IMG/VR virus record: IMGVR_UViG_3300007734_000736
Span: 1 to 61,066 of that record
Source of the DNA: a virus
Lineage: Duplodnaviria; Caudoviricetes
Direction: 5' to 3' (one strand)
Length of the DNA stretch: 61,066 bases
The notes under the pieces were generated by a model. The model made no database searches. It was not told where the DNA came from and was given only the letters and a program-made list of their open reading frames with translations. The position numbers were made by a program, and so were the translations under genes. Shown here in pieces: positions 25,008 to 35,281 of the stretch (position 1 is the stretch's first letter; every line of letters begins with the position of its first letter).

Positions 25008-25913
25008 ATGTGCATTGCAATTCTTAACGCTGGTAAGCGTATCACCAAAGACAAACTGTCCAATTCATGGAACAACAACGACGACGGCGCAGGCATTCTA
25101 TACGTTGCCGACGGTACGCTCGTGTCCGAGAAATTCCCTAACACCAACATCGCCGAGAGCGAGGCAAACTTTGAGCGTTTCTATGCCCGATACCTTGACG
25201 TCTACAATCAGTACGGCAACCTTCCGATGCTTTTGCACTTCCGCATTGCAACACACGGACTGACACCCGAATACCTGCACCCATTCTTCGTGTCCGATAC
25301 CGTGGGCTTCGTGCACAACGGCATCATCTACGGACTCGGCAGCAAGGACAAGAGCGACACTTCGGACTTCGCCGACCTGTTGTCTACGCTCATCATACCG
25401 AGCGTGGCTACCCTTGACAACCCCTTCATTGACGAGAGCATCTACCGATTCATTGAGGACAGCAGCAAGCTCATCTTCCTTGACAACACGGGCGAGTACC
25501 GCATCTTCAACGAGGGACTCGGACAGTGGGTTGGCGAGAACTGGTTTTCTAACGGCACACACAACTACAAGCCTATCACCAAGTGGGGCAAGTGGGACGA
25601 CAACTACGGCGCATCCATCAAGACCACACCCTACGCCAAAAAGTACGACAGTCAATACTGGGACGACATTGAGGACGAGCGCATCATGTACCCCTACGAC
25701 ACGGCGTTCGGCAGCGGCTACTCACTTGAGGACTTTGACTTTGACGCGCCATTCTCCGACAAGAAATACAAGTGTCATGACTGCGACACGCAGACACACG
25801 TGAACTACAACGGCGAGTGCATCACGTGCTACTCGTACATCCCGGCGTCTGCCGACGAGGTGATTGACAAGATTGAGAAGCTGGAGAGCGAACCTAAAAA
25901 GTACCTACAATGA
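25008..25913 (+). CDS. Class II (Ntn) glutamine amidotransferase
   Basis: N-terminal MC, NDDGAG, HFRIATHG, HPF, HNG, DT. Confidence 0.88.
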   Translation: MCIAILNAGKRITKDKLSNSWNNNDDGAGILYVADGTLVSEKFPNTNIAESEANFERFYARYLDVYNQYGNLPMLLHFRIATHGLTPEYLHPFFVSDTVGFVHNGIIYGLGSKDKSDTSDFADLLSTLIIPSVATLDNPFIDESIYRFIEDSSKLIFLDNTGEYRIFNEGLGQWVGENWFSNGTHNYKPITKWGKWDDNYGASIKTTPYAKKYDSQYWDDIEDERIMYPYDTAFGSGYSLEDFDFDAPFSDKKYKCHDCDTQTHVNYNGECITCYSYIPASADEVIDKIEKLESEPKKYLQ

Positions 25914-26086
25914 AACTGATTGAACTGAAGGAGATTGTGTTCCCCTTTCCGGAGGACAGTCAGGTGATGATTGAGCTGCCCGGTGGCGAGCAGCTGGGCA
26001 TCATCGCTACCCACGAAACCATACTTGACAGCGAAGGAGAAATCATCGCTTACAAAATTCTATTTCTACCAATTCAAAACACGTAA
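25910..26086 (+). CDS. 58-aa hypothetical protein
   Basis: Hand translated MKLIELKEIVF...; ATGA overlap. Confidence 0.55.
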   Translation: MKLIELKEIVFPFPEDSQVMIELPGGEQLGIIATHETILDSEGEIIAYKILFLPIQNT

Positions 26087-26090
26087 CACC

Positions 26091-26801
26091 ATGTCATTCT
26101 TCAATTTTGATTACGACCCAAACAACCCACGAGTAGGCGACCGAGTGATTGTCGTCGGCGATGAGCGGCTCAGTCAAATGGCTGAAACAAATGAGCGGGC
26201 TGTACCTTGGTTCGTTCAACACAGGGGCGGTGAGTTCTACATCAGCGAGATAGTAGCAGGTAACATATATCTTGCCTCACCGCTTACCAACAGCATTGAT
26301 AACTTTACCTGGAGTCCGAACTGGCTTGAACCTGCGCCCACGATGTTGCAGGAGGGTACTTGCGTTATGGTTCCACACATCAACTTGAACGAACGCTATC
26401 GCAACAGTGGGAATTGGTGCAGCGACATGGACAGATACACACACCAGCCGCTTAAAATTATACATCCTACTTCTAACGGTTATTTTGAGGTATACCGCAA
26501 TGGGTACTCATGGCATCGCGATTGGATGTTCATCATGCCGGAGTCGCAGCGAACAGCGCCGAGAACAAGAGGTGACTTCAAGGTAGGCGACACGGTTATG
26601 GTTTTGAGTGGACACCTGGGAAGCCGCTCGTTCGGCAACAAGGGTGTAATCACTGCTGTTGGCGTTGACCATTGCGCAGTGACGAGTTCAACAAAGCCAA
26701 GAATGAATCATGCAATTAGTTACAGTCGGCTTATGCTCCTTGCGCGAGACGGTAAGCTGACATACGAGCCCAATGATGCGCGACTCCTTAACGAGGCATG
26801 A
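26091..26801 (+). CDS. Hypothetical protein with repeated SH3/KOW-like modules
   Basis: VGDRV, EGTCV and VGDTV starts with W-xx-(N/D)W endings; the amidoligase N-terminus has a similar module. Confidence 0.55.
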   Translation: MSFFNFDYDPNNPRVGDRVIVVGDERLSQMAETNERAVPWFVQHRGGEFYISEIVAGNIYLASPLTNSIDNFTWSPNWLEPAPTMLQEGTCVMVPHINLNERYRNSGNWCSDMDRYTHQPLKIIHPTSNGYFEVYRNGYSWHRDWMFIMPESQRTAPRTRGDFKVGDTVMVLSGHLGSRSFGNKGVITAVGVDHCAVTSSTKPRMNHAISYSRLMLLARDGKLTYEPNDARLLNEA

Positions 26802-26992
26802 CACAGTTCATCAAGTTCACGACGCGGTGGATAGCGGGGAACTTGTCCATACCATTTTGGATGGTTGGGCACGTTCACCTGTCTACCAATGTATATCAAG
26901 ACATCCACGAGGTAGTGGCTTCGCTCGGTATGAATATCATCGTGGGCATCGGCTTCTACCTTGAGTGGAGAGAGCACAAACAAAATCAATAA
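26798..26992 (+). CDS. Small membrane protein
   Basis: Two hydrophobic segments. Confidence 0.65.
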   Translation: MTQFIKFTTRWIAGNLSIPFWMVGHVHLSTNVYQDIHEVVASLGMNIIVGIGFYLEWREHKQNQ

Positions 26993-27351
26993 TCATGGAA
27001 CATCAAGAGCTATCAACCATACCTACGTCTGCATTCAAGCACGACTTTCAGTTCATATCCCTACCGGTAAGCACGGGTGGTCATCCTCGTGTAGCTGTCC
27101 ACGCATCTGCCTTGTTCAACCCTGGCGAGGCGATGACCGCTGGAGAGGCAAGGCGGCGCGCTGCCGAGATTGGCGGAATGAGATACGCTGGGCGTTTGCC
27201 CGCGTACTCATCCGCTGTGTATGCTGGTATTAAGTCCGACTTTGCCGAGGAATACTATGCCTTTAAGCGGTACTCACGCTTCGCATTGCGCCTTGACATC
27301 ATGGATTTGCGCAACAAGTACAAACATAAACCACGAAATAGCATGAAATAG
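26965..27351 (+). CDS. Hypothetical protein
   Basis: ORF track; likely start near 26995. Confidence 0.55.
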   Translation: MERAQTKSIIMEHQELSTIPTSAFKHDFQFISLPVSTGGHPRVAVHASALFNPGEAMTAGEARRRAAEIGGMRYAGRLPAYSSAVYAGIKSDFAEEYYAFKRYSRFALRLDIMDLRNKYKHKPRNSMK

Positions 27352-27478
27352 TACAGTCATAACATCATACATATCAGTAAGTTACGCACTGGGTTGTTTA
27401 ATTCGTATCAATAACCCTTGCTTTTTCTAATTTTTATTTCTAACCTTTGCATAATTCAATTTCAAATTCACATCTAAA

Positions 27479-27994
27479 ATGAAACAATTCGTAATTACCA
27501 TCCCCAATCCAGTACGTGGTAAGGGAGCACGTGGCTTTGACCGCAAGCCCAAGCGCGGTGAACCAACCTTCTCAATCTTCCATTGCTATGCGCAGAGCGA
27601 GAAGCGAGCACGAGAGCTAACAGCTGGCTACTTCTCTATGCGCAAAGTACCCGACGGTACAAAGTTCGTGGAGATTGTGTCCGACCCGCGCGTCAAGCAG
27701 GAGTCGTTCATGGATATGCGACTGATGTCTGCGCCCATCTCGTTGCCCGTAGTTGACGAAGCACCGGCCCTCAAGAAATTTGAACTGGTGGTGGTACAGC
27801 GTGCGGTGCAGCAAGACACGGCTGTCTACGAGATTGAGGCAGCAACGGAGGAGGAGGCGCGAGAGGTGTACGCCAACTTCGTTTCAGCTGGTACGACGGA
27901 CAACATCTCGTTGACCGACACGTATAGCTATTACTGCGACCACGAAACGCCGCAGATATCCGTGGCTGAACTCATCACCGATGGGAACGCCTGA
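27479..27994 (+). CDS. Hypothetical protein
   Basis: AT-rich leader; AACCTTTG box at 27442. Confidence 0.7.
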   Translation: MKQFVITIPNPVRGKGARGFDRKPKRGEPTFSIFHCYAQSEKRARELTAGYFSMRKVPDGTKFVEIVSDPRVKQESFMDMRLMSAPISLPVVDEAPALKKFELVVVQRAVQQDTAVYEIEAATEEEAREVYANFVSAGTTDNISLTDTYSYYCDHETPQISVAELITDGNA

Positions 27995-28312
27995 TTCAAT
28001 CACCTGGTCAGAAGCAATGGAGGTAGAGTTGGCCCGACTTGAGGTCAACCTACACTTCATTGTGGATTACAGCAGCCTTATGCACCTTACTGCGGTGGGC
28101 GTACGAGCCGAGCAGTGCCTGTCAAATATCAAAGAAATCAAACAATACCTACAACTCCATGAGCAATCAAGATGATAAACGATTTGAACGCAAGCGAGCG
28201 CCATTCTACATTGAGGCGTTAGCGTGGCTGGTCCTTCACGTTCCATACTACGCCATCTTCTACTTCAGCGTGCGCATCCTAACGCACCTAATCAAAACAT
28301 ACCTCTGATGCC

Positions 28313-28597
28313 ATGAGCGAGACAATGCTACGGGTAGTGGAGGTACTGAAGGTGAACCAGGACGACGACACAACAAGCATCAATGCCAAGACGGTGGTGC
28401 TTCGTGCAATGCAAGAGCCAAACTTCAAGGACGTATTGGAGATGCCCGCATCTTCACAGGTGCTGTGTTTTGGGGCGAACTCAGACGACATCTTCTTTGA
28501 CGATGAGTATGAGGACGAGGTATACGAAACCATATCTTCGTTTTTGAGAATACTACGGGTAATCAAGGAAATCTATGACGAAGAAGAGCAGCCCTAA
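28313..28597 (+). CDS. Acidic hypothetical protein
   Basis: ORF track. Confidence 0.6.
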   Translation: MSETMLRVVEVLKVNQDDDTTSINAKTVVLRAMQEPNFKDVLEMPASSQVLCFGANSDDIFFDDEYEDEVYETISSFLRILRVIKEIYDEEEQP

Positions 28598-28757
28598 TAC
28601 GGCACAGAAAATCTCATACACCGAGTGGATGATGAAAATCAAATCGGTGTACTACGGATGCGATGTAGAGCTGGACAAGGGCATCGCACGGGACATACAG
28701 TACAACACACCAGCGTCAAAATAAATCACTAACTTTAAGCAACTTAAATTCAAAACT

Positions 28758-29285
28758 ATGGCTTATCAACTCAAGACAACCAACATCAAAGGCAAGGACT
28801 ACGTTCAGGTCAACGAACGCATCATTGCCTTCCGCAAGCTGCCCGACTTCAAGGGCTACTCCATTGAGACCGAGATGGTCGCTATTGATTCCGATATGTG
28901 CGTAATGAAGGCCATCATCCGCGACAGCGATGGGGCTGTCGCTGCTACTGGCTTTGCTCAAGAAGACCGTTCATCATCCATGATTAACAAGACATCGTAC
29001 GTGGAGAACTGCGAAACGTCAGCTGTTGGTCGTGCGCTGGGATTCCTTGGCATTGGCGTAGAGGCATCTATTGCGACCGCAGAGGAGGTTTCTATGGCTA
29101 TCGCGAAGCAGGAGTTACCTGCTCCTGCGAAAGCGGAACTGGATGTAGCTAAAGCAGCCGAGCATATCAAGGCTGGAGCTAACGCACCAGAGCGCAAGAA
29201 GCGCTTTGATGCCGTCATCAAGAAGTACCCAGGGCTGGCCCCGGAGGTATTGGCTTCTCTTCGTGAACTTGTAACTGCTGAGTAA
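28758..29285 (+). CDS. Putative ssDNA-annealing recombinase (Sak/Rad52-like)
   Basis: IKGKDYVQVNERI, ATGFAQE, INKTSYVENCETSAVGRAL. Confidence 0.65.
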   Translation: MAYQLKTTNIKGKDYVQVNERIIAFRKLPDFKGYSIETEMVAIDSDMCVMKAIIRDSDGAVAATGFAQEDRSSSMINKTSYVENCETSAVGRALGFLGIGVEASIATAEEVSMAIAKQELPAPAKAELDVAKAAEHIKAGANAPERKKRFDAVIKKYPGLAPEVLASLRELVTAE

Positions 29286-29671
29286 TGGCGTACCTACAAT
29301 GGGCAGCGTTTACGATGGGGGCTATCCTTGCCGCTGCAATCATCGCGTTCCTCTTGTTCTCTGGCGATAACAGCGACAAGGGATGAAAGTAAGTGGATGG
29401 CACTACCTGTGGGGGACAATCGTGCTCCTCACGCTGTACTGTATGACCGACTGGTGGGAGCTAAGGATGCTGTTGATTTCTCTCGCCGGCGCCTTGGCTA
29501 TCACCTACTCGGCAACCAACGAAGACGAGGAGGAATGAAGATAGAACTCACGATACAGGAGCTGTTGGAAATCATTGACATGATTAAGTACGGCGAACAT
29601 AACGAGGGAGATGACTTCTACTTGATGCAGGACTTCATTGATGGAAAGGATGACCCTAAATCAAAAAAGGA

Positions 29672-29914
29672 ATGAAGACACCAATGCAAGAGTTGATGGA
29701 TGAGTTCGCAAAGAAAGCGGACTCACTACCTGATACGTTAGATGCGAACGTAGCCTACTTGGTATTCCAAGAGTGCTATGATATGGCAAAGTCAATGCTT
29801 GAAAAAGAGAAAGCGGTGATTATGGATGCCTATAGTTCTGGCGAACACCAACAAGGGTTTGAAGGAGAGGCTGAACAATACTACAACGAAACCTTTAACA
29901 CCAAAGAGAAATGA
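29672..29914 (+). CDS. Hypothetical protein
   Basis: EKEK..IMDAY..AEQYYNETF motif shared with 31029..31301. Confidence 0.65.
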   Translation: MKTPMQELMDEFAKKADSLPDTLDANVAYLVFQECYDMAKSMLEKEKAVIMDAYSSGEHQQGFEGEAEQYYNETFNTKEK

Positions 29915-30672
29915 AAACGCTAATCCTGGGTGACACCCACGGGCGCACCAACTGGAAGCAGGCGATTGACGCACATCCAGACGCAGGTCACATCATCTTT
30001 ATGGGTGACTACTTTGATTCGTTTGACATCAGCGGTGTTGAGCAGTTGCACAACTTCAATGAAATCATTCGCTTCAAGGAGTCTACCGACAAGGAGGTTG
30101 TGATGCTCATAGGCAACCACGACCACCACTACCTTGACGTAGGCGAAACCTACAGCGGGTACAAGGCGGCACACAAGTGGGACTTCCAAGATGCGCTGAC
30201 TAAGAATATGCATCACCTTCAGATTGCATACTCTCTTGACGAACTGCTGTTCTCTCACGCAGGCGTAAGCCCTGTGTGGATGGACAAGACGTTTGGTGCA
30301 AAATGGAACGAGGACAACTTGGTTGAACTGCTCAATGAGAAATACAAGCATCAGCCAACTGCATTCAACTTCAGCCCCGACAGCTTTGACCCATACGGAG
30401 ATTCACCGAAGCAGGGTCCGCTTTGGATACGGCCCCGCTCACTGATGGGCTGCAACAAGGGCGAGAACCGACTGAAGAAGAAGTTCATTCAGATTGTCGG
30501 GCACACCCAAGTGAATAGCATCTTTGACAGCATCGTTTCCTGCAACAAGTCTATGGGTGGACGATACTACCTGATTGACGCCATGGAGAAGGATGGATAC
30601 ATCACTTACGAGAACGGAGAGATTACGCCTCACGAACTCTATATCTCGCCAAATGTGCCATCAGAAGCATAG
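29911..30672 (+). CDS. Calcineurin-like metallophosphoesterase
   Basis: GDTHG, GDYFD, GNHD, SHAG, GHT. Confidence 0.92.
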   Translation: MKTLILGDTHGRTNWKQAIDAHPDAGHIIFMGDYFDSFDISGVEQLHNFNEIIRFKESTDKEVVMLIGNHDHHYLDVGETYSGYKAAHKWDFQDALTKNMHHLQIAYSLDELLFSHAGVSPVWMDKTFGAKWNEDNLVELLNEKYKHQPTAFNFSPDSFDPYGDSPKQGPLWIRPRSLMGCNKGENRLKKKFIQIVGHTQVNSIFDSIVSCNKSMGGRYYLIDAMEKDGYITYENGEITPHELYISPNVPSEA

Positions 30673-30772
30673 TTTTGGCAAGTTTGAAAATGCGCCAAGA
30701 CTTATACTGTGAGTATAAATGTGTGAAGAAATGTAAACCAATTCGGATAATTTCCGAGTAACAAAACAAAAT

Positions 30773-31072
30773 ATGGCAAAGAGACTAACGAAAGAGGAGA
30801 AGTGGAGAAAGGCAAGTGAAGACCTCATCAACAAGATGTTTGAGATTGCAGGCCACAACGTAACCTTTGACGACATCAAGGACCGAAAGGACGAATGGTA
30901 CACCGACTGGACTATGACCGTTGCTCAAGCCGAGCAATGGAGGGAATGGGGAATAGAGTACCTACGAAAGAATATGAAGCTAACGAAGCACTACGCCGAG
31001 ATTGAGATGAGAATGTTTAACGTAATGTATGGACTCAAATACAGCGACTGGTATGAACAAACCGAAAATTAG
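30773..31072 (+). CDS. Hypothetical protein
   Basis: ORF with A-rich leader. Confidence 0.65.
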   Translation: MAKRLTKEEKWRKASEDLINKMFEIAGHNVTFDDIKDRKDEWYTDWTMTVAQAEQWREWGIEYLRKNMKLTKHYAEIEMRMFNVMYGLKYSDWYEQTEN

Positions 31073-31301
31073 CCCGCTCTATGACTTGATGGAGCGCATA
31101 GCGCAATACCAAGAGGACTATCAGACACCCATGCCGATATCATTGGTCAAGTCAATCATCATCTGGGAACTGCTTGACAAGGAGAAAGCCATGGTCAAAG
31201 ACGCTTTCAACTTTGGCGGCGAGTACGACGAGAGCTGGGACAAGGCAGCCGAGCAGTTCTACCACGAGAACTACGCAGGGAAAATCAAGTTTGACGAATA
31301 G
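31029..31301 (+). CDS. Hypothetical protein, paralogous to 29672..29914
   Basis: DKEKAMVKDAF..AEQFYHENY. Confidence 0.6.
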   Translation: MDSNTATGMNKPKISPLYDLMERIAQYQEDYQTPMPISLVKSIIIWELLDKEKAMVKDAFNFGGEYDESWDKAAEQFYHENYAGKIKFDE

Positions 31302-31350
31302 CGTCCAAGATTTGGATGTTAACAATTTCTGACCAATCTTTACGGACGAA

Positions 31351-31551
31351 ATGGAAATCAATGAAATCGTATCGCTCATAGCGCTGCTAATCACAGCGAC
31401 TGCTGGAGGCTTTCTGCTTGGCGTTCCGACCATGAAGTCGTACTACCAGCAGAAGCTGGACTTGGAGTCCAGCTCTGCCGAAGAGAAGGCATCACTGGGC
31501 GCAAAGATTCTACGCCTCAAGGCAAAGCTCAAAAGGAAGAAGCGCAAGTAA
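31351..31551 (+). CDS. Small membrane-anchored protein
   Basis: N-terminal TM segment, basic tail. Confidence 0.55.
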   Translation: MEINEIVSLIALLITATAGGFLLGVPTMKSYYQQKLDLESSSAEEKASLGAKILRLKAKLKRKKRK

Positions 31552-31705
31552 TGGAACCAATCAAGACCACACACACCCTTGCGGAGCAGTACCGAAAGGC
31601 ACAGCACAACCGCAACGTATGCCTGTACAGCCGACGCGACACGGAGGCCAAATACTGGGAGGGCTACGTTAACGCCCTGAGTTTAGTAATTGAATCACAA
31701 AAGAA

Positions 31706-31960
31706 ATGAATCCATCCGAACACCTTGAGTACTTCAAGGAGCACCCGCACATCAAGAAGAAAGAGGCCGAGCGCACAGCACGCCTAATCCTATCCAACTT
31801 TGGCACTACGTACAGCCGCCCCGCAATGGTGCAAGCGATGGACGAAATCGACAAGGCAGTCAGCATCCTGGACATGATTGAAAGCGACAGCTCAAAGGAG
31901 CTGTCTGACCTCCTGCAGGGCGCATATCAAATCCTTCACTACAAATTCCACAACGAGTAA
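31706..31960 (+). CDS. Hypothetical protein
   Basis: TAATG-coupled to the nuclease. Confidence 0.65.
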   Translation: MNPSEHLEYFKEHPHIKKKEAERTARLILSNFGTTYSRPAMVQAMDEIDKAVSILDMIESDSSKELSDLLQGAYQILHYKFHNE

Positions 31961-32742
31961 TGGCAAAGAAGAAGGACTGGCTGTCTCACATGATTGAGCA
32001 CACCGGAAAACCATACTTATCGTACAGCTCTATCAAGTACGCACTGCAAGACATGGCGCTGTTTGAGCTGTACATGATGGGCAAGCTCAAGAAGGACAGC
32101 GAGGCGCTGCAATTCGGCAGCGCTTACGACTGCATGCTGTTCACCCCCGAAGTGTTCAGCGAAAGGTTCTTCGTGCTTGACGATTCGGAAATCTATGCCA
32201 AACTGATAGGCGACGGGGCAAAGAGCCCCCGCTCAACAGCCATCTACAAGGAGTGGAAGGCGGAGCAGGACGCATCAATTGGAGAGCGCGCCGTATTGGC
32301 TCCTGAAGACCATCAGCAAATCATTGATATGATTTCACGGCTTGACGACTGCGGCATCATAGACATCTACCTGGCAGGAAGCTATCAGGTTGAGTTCAAC
32401 GAGAAGGTAGACGGAATCCCTTTCCGGGGATTCCTGGACTGCAAGGGGAGCGGGTTCATCTCCGATTCCAAAACAACGCGTTCAATTTCAGGCTTCAAGT
32501 CTGATGTAAGATGGTTGGGGTATGATATTCAAGCGTACCTTTACTGTAAGGTCTTCGGCTATGAGGACTTCTACTGGGTCGTCCAGGAGAAATCCTTTCC
32601 GTACGTGCCAGCAGTATACAAAGCAACGGAGCAAACCCTTCGCTTCGGTGAGGAGAAGTTCAATCGGGCGGTCAACACCATCCGAGAGCACTTTGAGAAG
32701 AACATGCCTTCCAGCACGTTCTACATAGAGGGGGAAATTTAA
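31960..32742 (+). CDS. PD-(D/E)XK exonuclease (RecE/ExoVIII-like)
   Basis: LSYSSIK, FGSAYD, RGFLD, DSKTT, YDIQAYLY, VQEK. Confidence 0.82.
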   Translation: MAKKKDWLSHMIEHTGKPYLSYSSIKYALQDMALFELYMMGKLKKDSEALQFGSAYDCMLFTPEVFSERFFVLDDSEIYAKLIGDGAKSPRSTAIYKEWKAEQDASIGERAVLAPEDHQQIIDMISRLDDCGIIDIYLAGSYQVEFNEKVDGIPFRGFLDCKGSGFISDSKTTRSISGFKSDVRWLGYDIQAYLYCKVFGYEDFYWVVQEKSFPYVPAVYKATEQTLRFGEEKFNRAVNTIREHFEKNMPSSTFYIEGEI

Positions 32743-32754
32743 TTGTCAATCAAA

Positions 32755-33030
32755 ATGGAAAAGAAAGACATCTACATCGGGTACGTGGGCGAGCTCAAGA
32801 CCTATGACTCAGGCGTACGCAAGTACTCAATCTCGTTCCGCTCGGAGCAGCTTGACGAACTCAAGCAATACCTTACCCAGCGTGGTAGCGTGAACATTGA
32901 TTTCGTAATCAAGACCGACGACTCGGCGTTCATGAGTGTGTTCAACCCGAACGCTGCAAAGCCGGCTGGACAAGGTGGCAAGCCTGCCGCCAAGAAGGTT
33001 ACCGCTAACGACGACGACCTGCCGTTCTAA
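32755..33030 (+). CDS. Putative single-stranded DNA-binding protein
   Basis: Small beta-rich protein ending DDDLPF. Confidence 0.7.
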   Translation: MEKKDIYIGYVGELKTYDSGVRKYSISFRSEQLDELKQYLTQRGSVNIDFVIKTDDSAFMSVFNPNAAKPAGQGGKPAAKKVTANDDDLPF

Positions 33031-33140
33031 GCGAGGAGAAAGGACAGCAGCAAGTTGGTTACCCTATGCAGTAGGTTGTTCCGGTGGGGCATAGGGGCTG
33101 TCTCTTTCTTCTTTCACTATCATCTCTTTCTTCTTTTGTG

Positions 33141-33539
33141 ATGGAATACAATTCCGATTTTCGTCATGACTTGCGCATCGGTTTGATGGGCGAACTGCTG
33201 CTTGGCAAACTGCTCAGCAACACAACCGTGGAAGTCAAGCTGGACTTCGGGACGCATCGCACAGGAAACTTCTACATAGAGTACGCATCGCGCAACAAGC
33301 CTTCGGGCATTGCAACCACCGAAGCGGACTACTGGGTCTTGATTGCGGCATCCGAGAAGGGATGCCGCCACAAGGACAACGAGGTTTTCATGGAAGAAGA
33401 CGACATCTTATACCTTGTAACCATCTCAACGAATCGACTCAAGGAGTTGTGCCGAACCAAGTATGAGCGCAAGGGTGTACCGGGCGGCGACGAGAATACG
33501 TCGCTTGGAATTCTTATCAAAGCAGTAGACTTACTATGA
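33141..33539 (+). CDS. Putative PD-(D/E)XK endonuclease
   Basis: EVKLD..TGNFYIEY..PSGI.TTEADYW. Confidence 0.6.
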   Translation: MEYNSDFRHDLRIGLMGELLLGKLLSNTTVEVKLDFGTHRTGNFYIEYASRNKPSGIATTEADYWVLIAASEKGCRHKDNEVFMEEDDILYLVTISTNRLKELCRTKYERKGVPGGDENTSLGILIKAVDLL

Positions 33540-33877
33540 CACTTTACGACTTACACAAGTTCTTTTCCAAGGACGACGAGCAAGAGATGGAGCAGTTCAT
33601 GCGCATCGCTATGGCTCGATTGCAAACGACATACAAATTCAAGCCTCAGCGGGTAGCTGTTGCGGCCAAGATGTATTCGCAATGGAAAAAGCGAAAAGAC
33701 CATGGACATGCCAAAGCGTAGTAGTATGTTCTACCAACAGTACCAAATCCGGTACGATTCAAATTCAAATCAATGGAAACTAACATGGGACGGGAATCCA
33801 ATTATGAGCGGAACAAAAGAGTATCTAGAATACTATCTGAGTCTGCTATCGAACAACGGGAACATAATGTTCTAGAC

Positions 33878-34237
33878 ATGGACATAGCTGTTGCCGTCTA
33901 TGGAACCCTCAAAAGCGGCTATGGCAACAACTTTCTGCTGGAAGATGCAACACTGGTGGGCAAGGGCCGAACCACCGATAAATACCCCCTAATCATCCGA
34001 CAAGGAGGACTTCCGTTCCTTCTCAACAAGAAGAACATTGGATACAACGTGGAGGTCGAGGTATACCTTGTGGACAAGAAGATTCTGCGCCGCTTGGACA
34101 TCCTTGAGGGGCATCCGGAATGGTATTGCCGCCGAGAGATAAGCGTGACCATTGATGAGATTGATACTCCGATTAGGGCGTGGACATACTTCGGCCCATC
34201 TGAATACGACAACCTGACCTACCATGAGCGATACTAA
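33878..34237 (+). CDS. Gamma-glutamylcyclotransferase (AIG2-like)
   Basis: VAVYGTLKSG..N, EVYLVD, LDILEG, Y.R. Confidence 0.88.
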   Translation: MDIAVAVYGTLKSGYGNNFLLEDATLVGKGRTTDKYPLIIRQGGLPFLLNKKNIGYNVEVEVYLVDKKILRRLDILEGHPEWYCRREISVTIDEIDTPIRAWTYFGPSEYDNLTYHERY

Positions 34238-34781
34238 ATTCTTCATTGAGATTGGCAGTTGTGACTTCGGTACGCTGAACCACCTTGCCAACCACGGATG
34301 GCACGGCATGATTGTAGAGCCGGTAGAGAAGTACCTTAATCGACTTGAGCGTATGCCTGGAGTTCACTACATCAACAAGGCCATTGACATCACCAATGCA
34401 ACCAAGGAAATGTACGTGTACAAGGACAGCGTATGTGAGAACGACCGCGACTTCAGCGGAATGAGCTCGTTTGGCGAGTATGTGATTGACCAGAACCGGG
34501 CTCTTGTGGAGCCGGTTCTCGTGTCTACCATTACCTATGCGGAGCTGATGTACGCGCACGATGTGAAGCGTGTGGACTTCCTGAAGATTGACACCGAGGG
34601 ACACGACTGGGTTATCCTCCAGCTGGTAATCTACGCGGGGCCGATGCGCCCAAAGCTCATCAAGGCGGAAACCAAACACCTTGGAGAAAACCTTGAGAAA
34701 GCCATCAAGTTTCTTGAGGAACGAAAGTACCTGGTGTACCAAGAGAAAGAAGACCTTTATGCAATTGATTTACTACCATGA
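34224..34781 (+). CDS. FkbM-family methyltransferase
   Basis: FIEIGSCD, GWHGMIVEP, DFLKIDTEGHD. Confidence 0.88.
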   Translation: MSDTKFFIEIGSCDFGTLNHLANHGWHGMIVEPVEKYLNRLERMPGVHYINKAIDITNATKEMYVYKDSVCENDRDFSGMSSFGEYVIDQNRALVEPVLVSTITYAELMYAHDVKRVDFLKIDTEGHDWVILQLVIYAGPMRPKLIKAETKHLGENLEKAIKFLEERKYLVYQEKEDLYAIDLLP

Positions 34782-35281
34782 AACGAGAAGAACTAATCCA
34801 AAAAACCATTGAGACCTTTTGTGACATAAATGAGGTGTCGCGAGACACCTTGAGCATGAAGGTTCGCAACAGAAGCGTTGTGGACTGTAGGCGCATGATT
34901 TGGGCATACCTGAGAGAAAACACAAGCATGACGCTCCTTGAGCTCGCCCACATCATTGACTTTGAGAACCACGCAACAATTCTCTACCATTGCAAGCAGC
35001 ACCAGGAACTTATCACAAAGACCGAGCGAGGCAAGTGGATGTACCCAAGCTATGGACCATACTATGAGCAAGGTGCTACACAGCTAAACGCAATGGTCCG
35101 AGTATTCAAGATGAACCAGAAGTTTCAAAACTATGCACTTGAGTATCGCCGAACGGAGGATGGACACGAGGCCAAGTACGTGGTGAATTCTCTGTCGCTT
35201 CTTGACGCCGTGTACCAACACGAAACAATGACATCTATGGCTGGATATGAGCTGATATCCGTAAAGCTCAAGGAGTCATGA
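34778..35281 (+). CDS. Protein with a DnaA domain IV-like HTH
   Basis: R.R.VVDCRRM..YL....MTLLELA....NHATILY. Confidence 0.7.
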   Translation: MKREELIQKTIETFCDINEVSRDTLSMKVRNRSVVDCRRMIWAYLRENTSMTLLELAHIIDFENHATILYHCKQHQELITKTERGKWMYPSYGPYYEQGATQLNAMVRVFKMNQKFQNYALEYRRTEDGHEAKYVVNSLSLLDAVYQHETMTSMAGYELISVKLKES

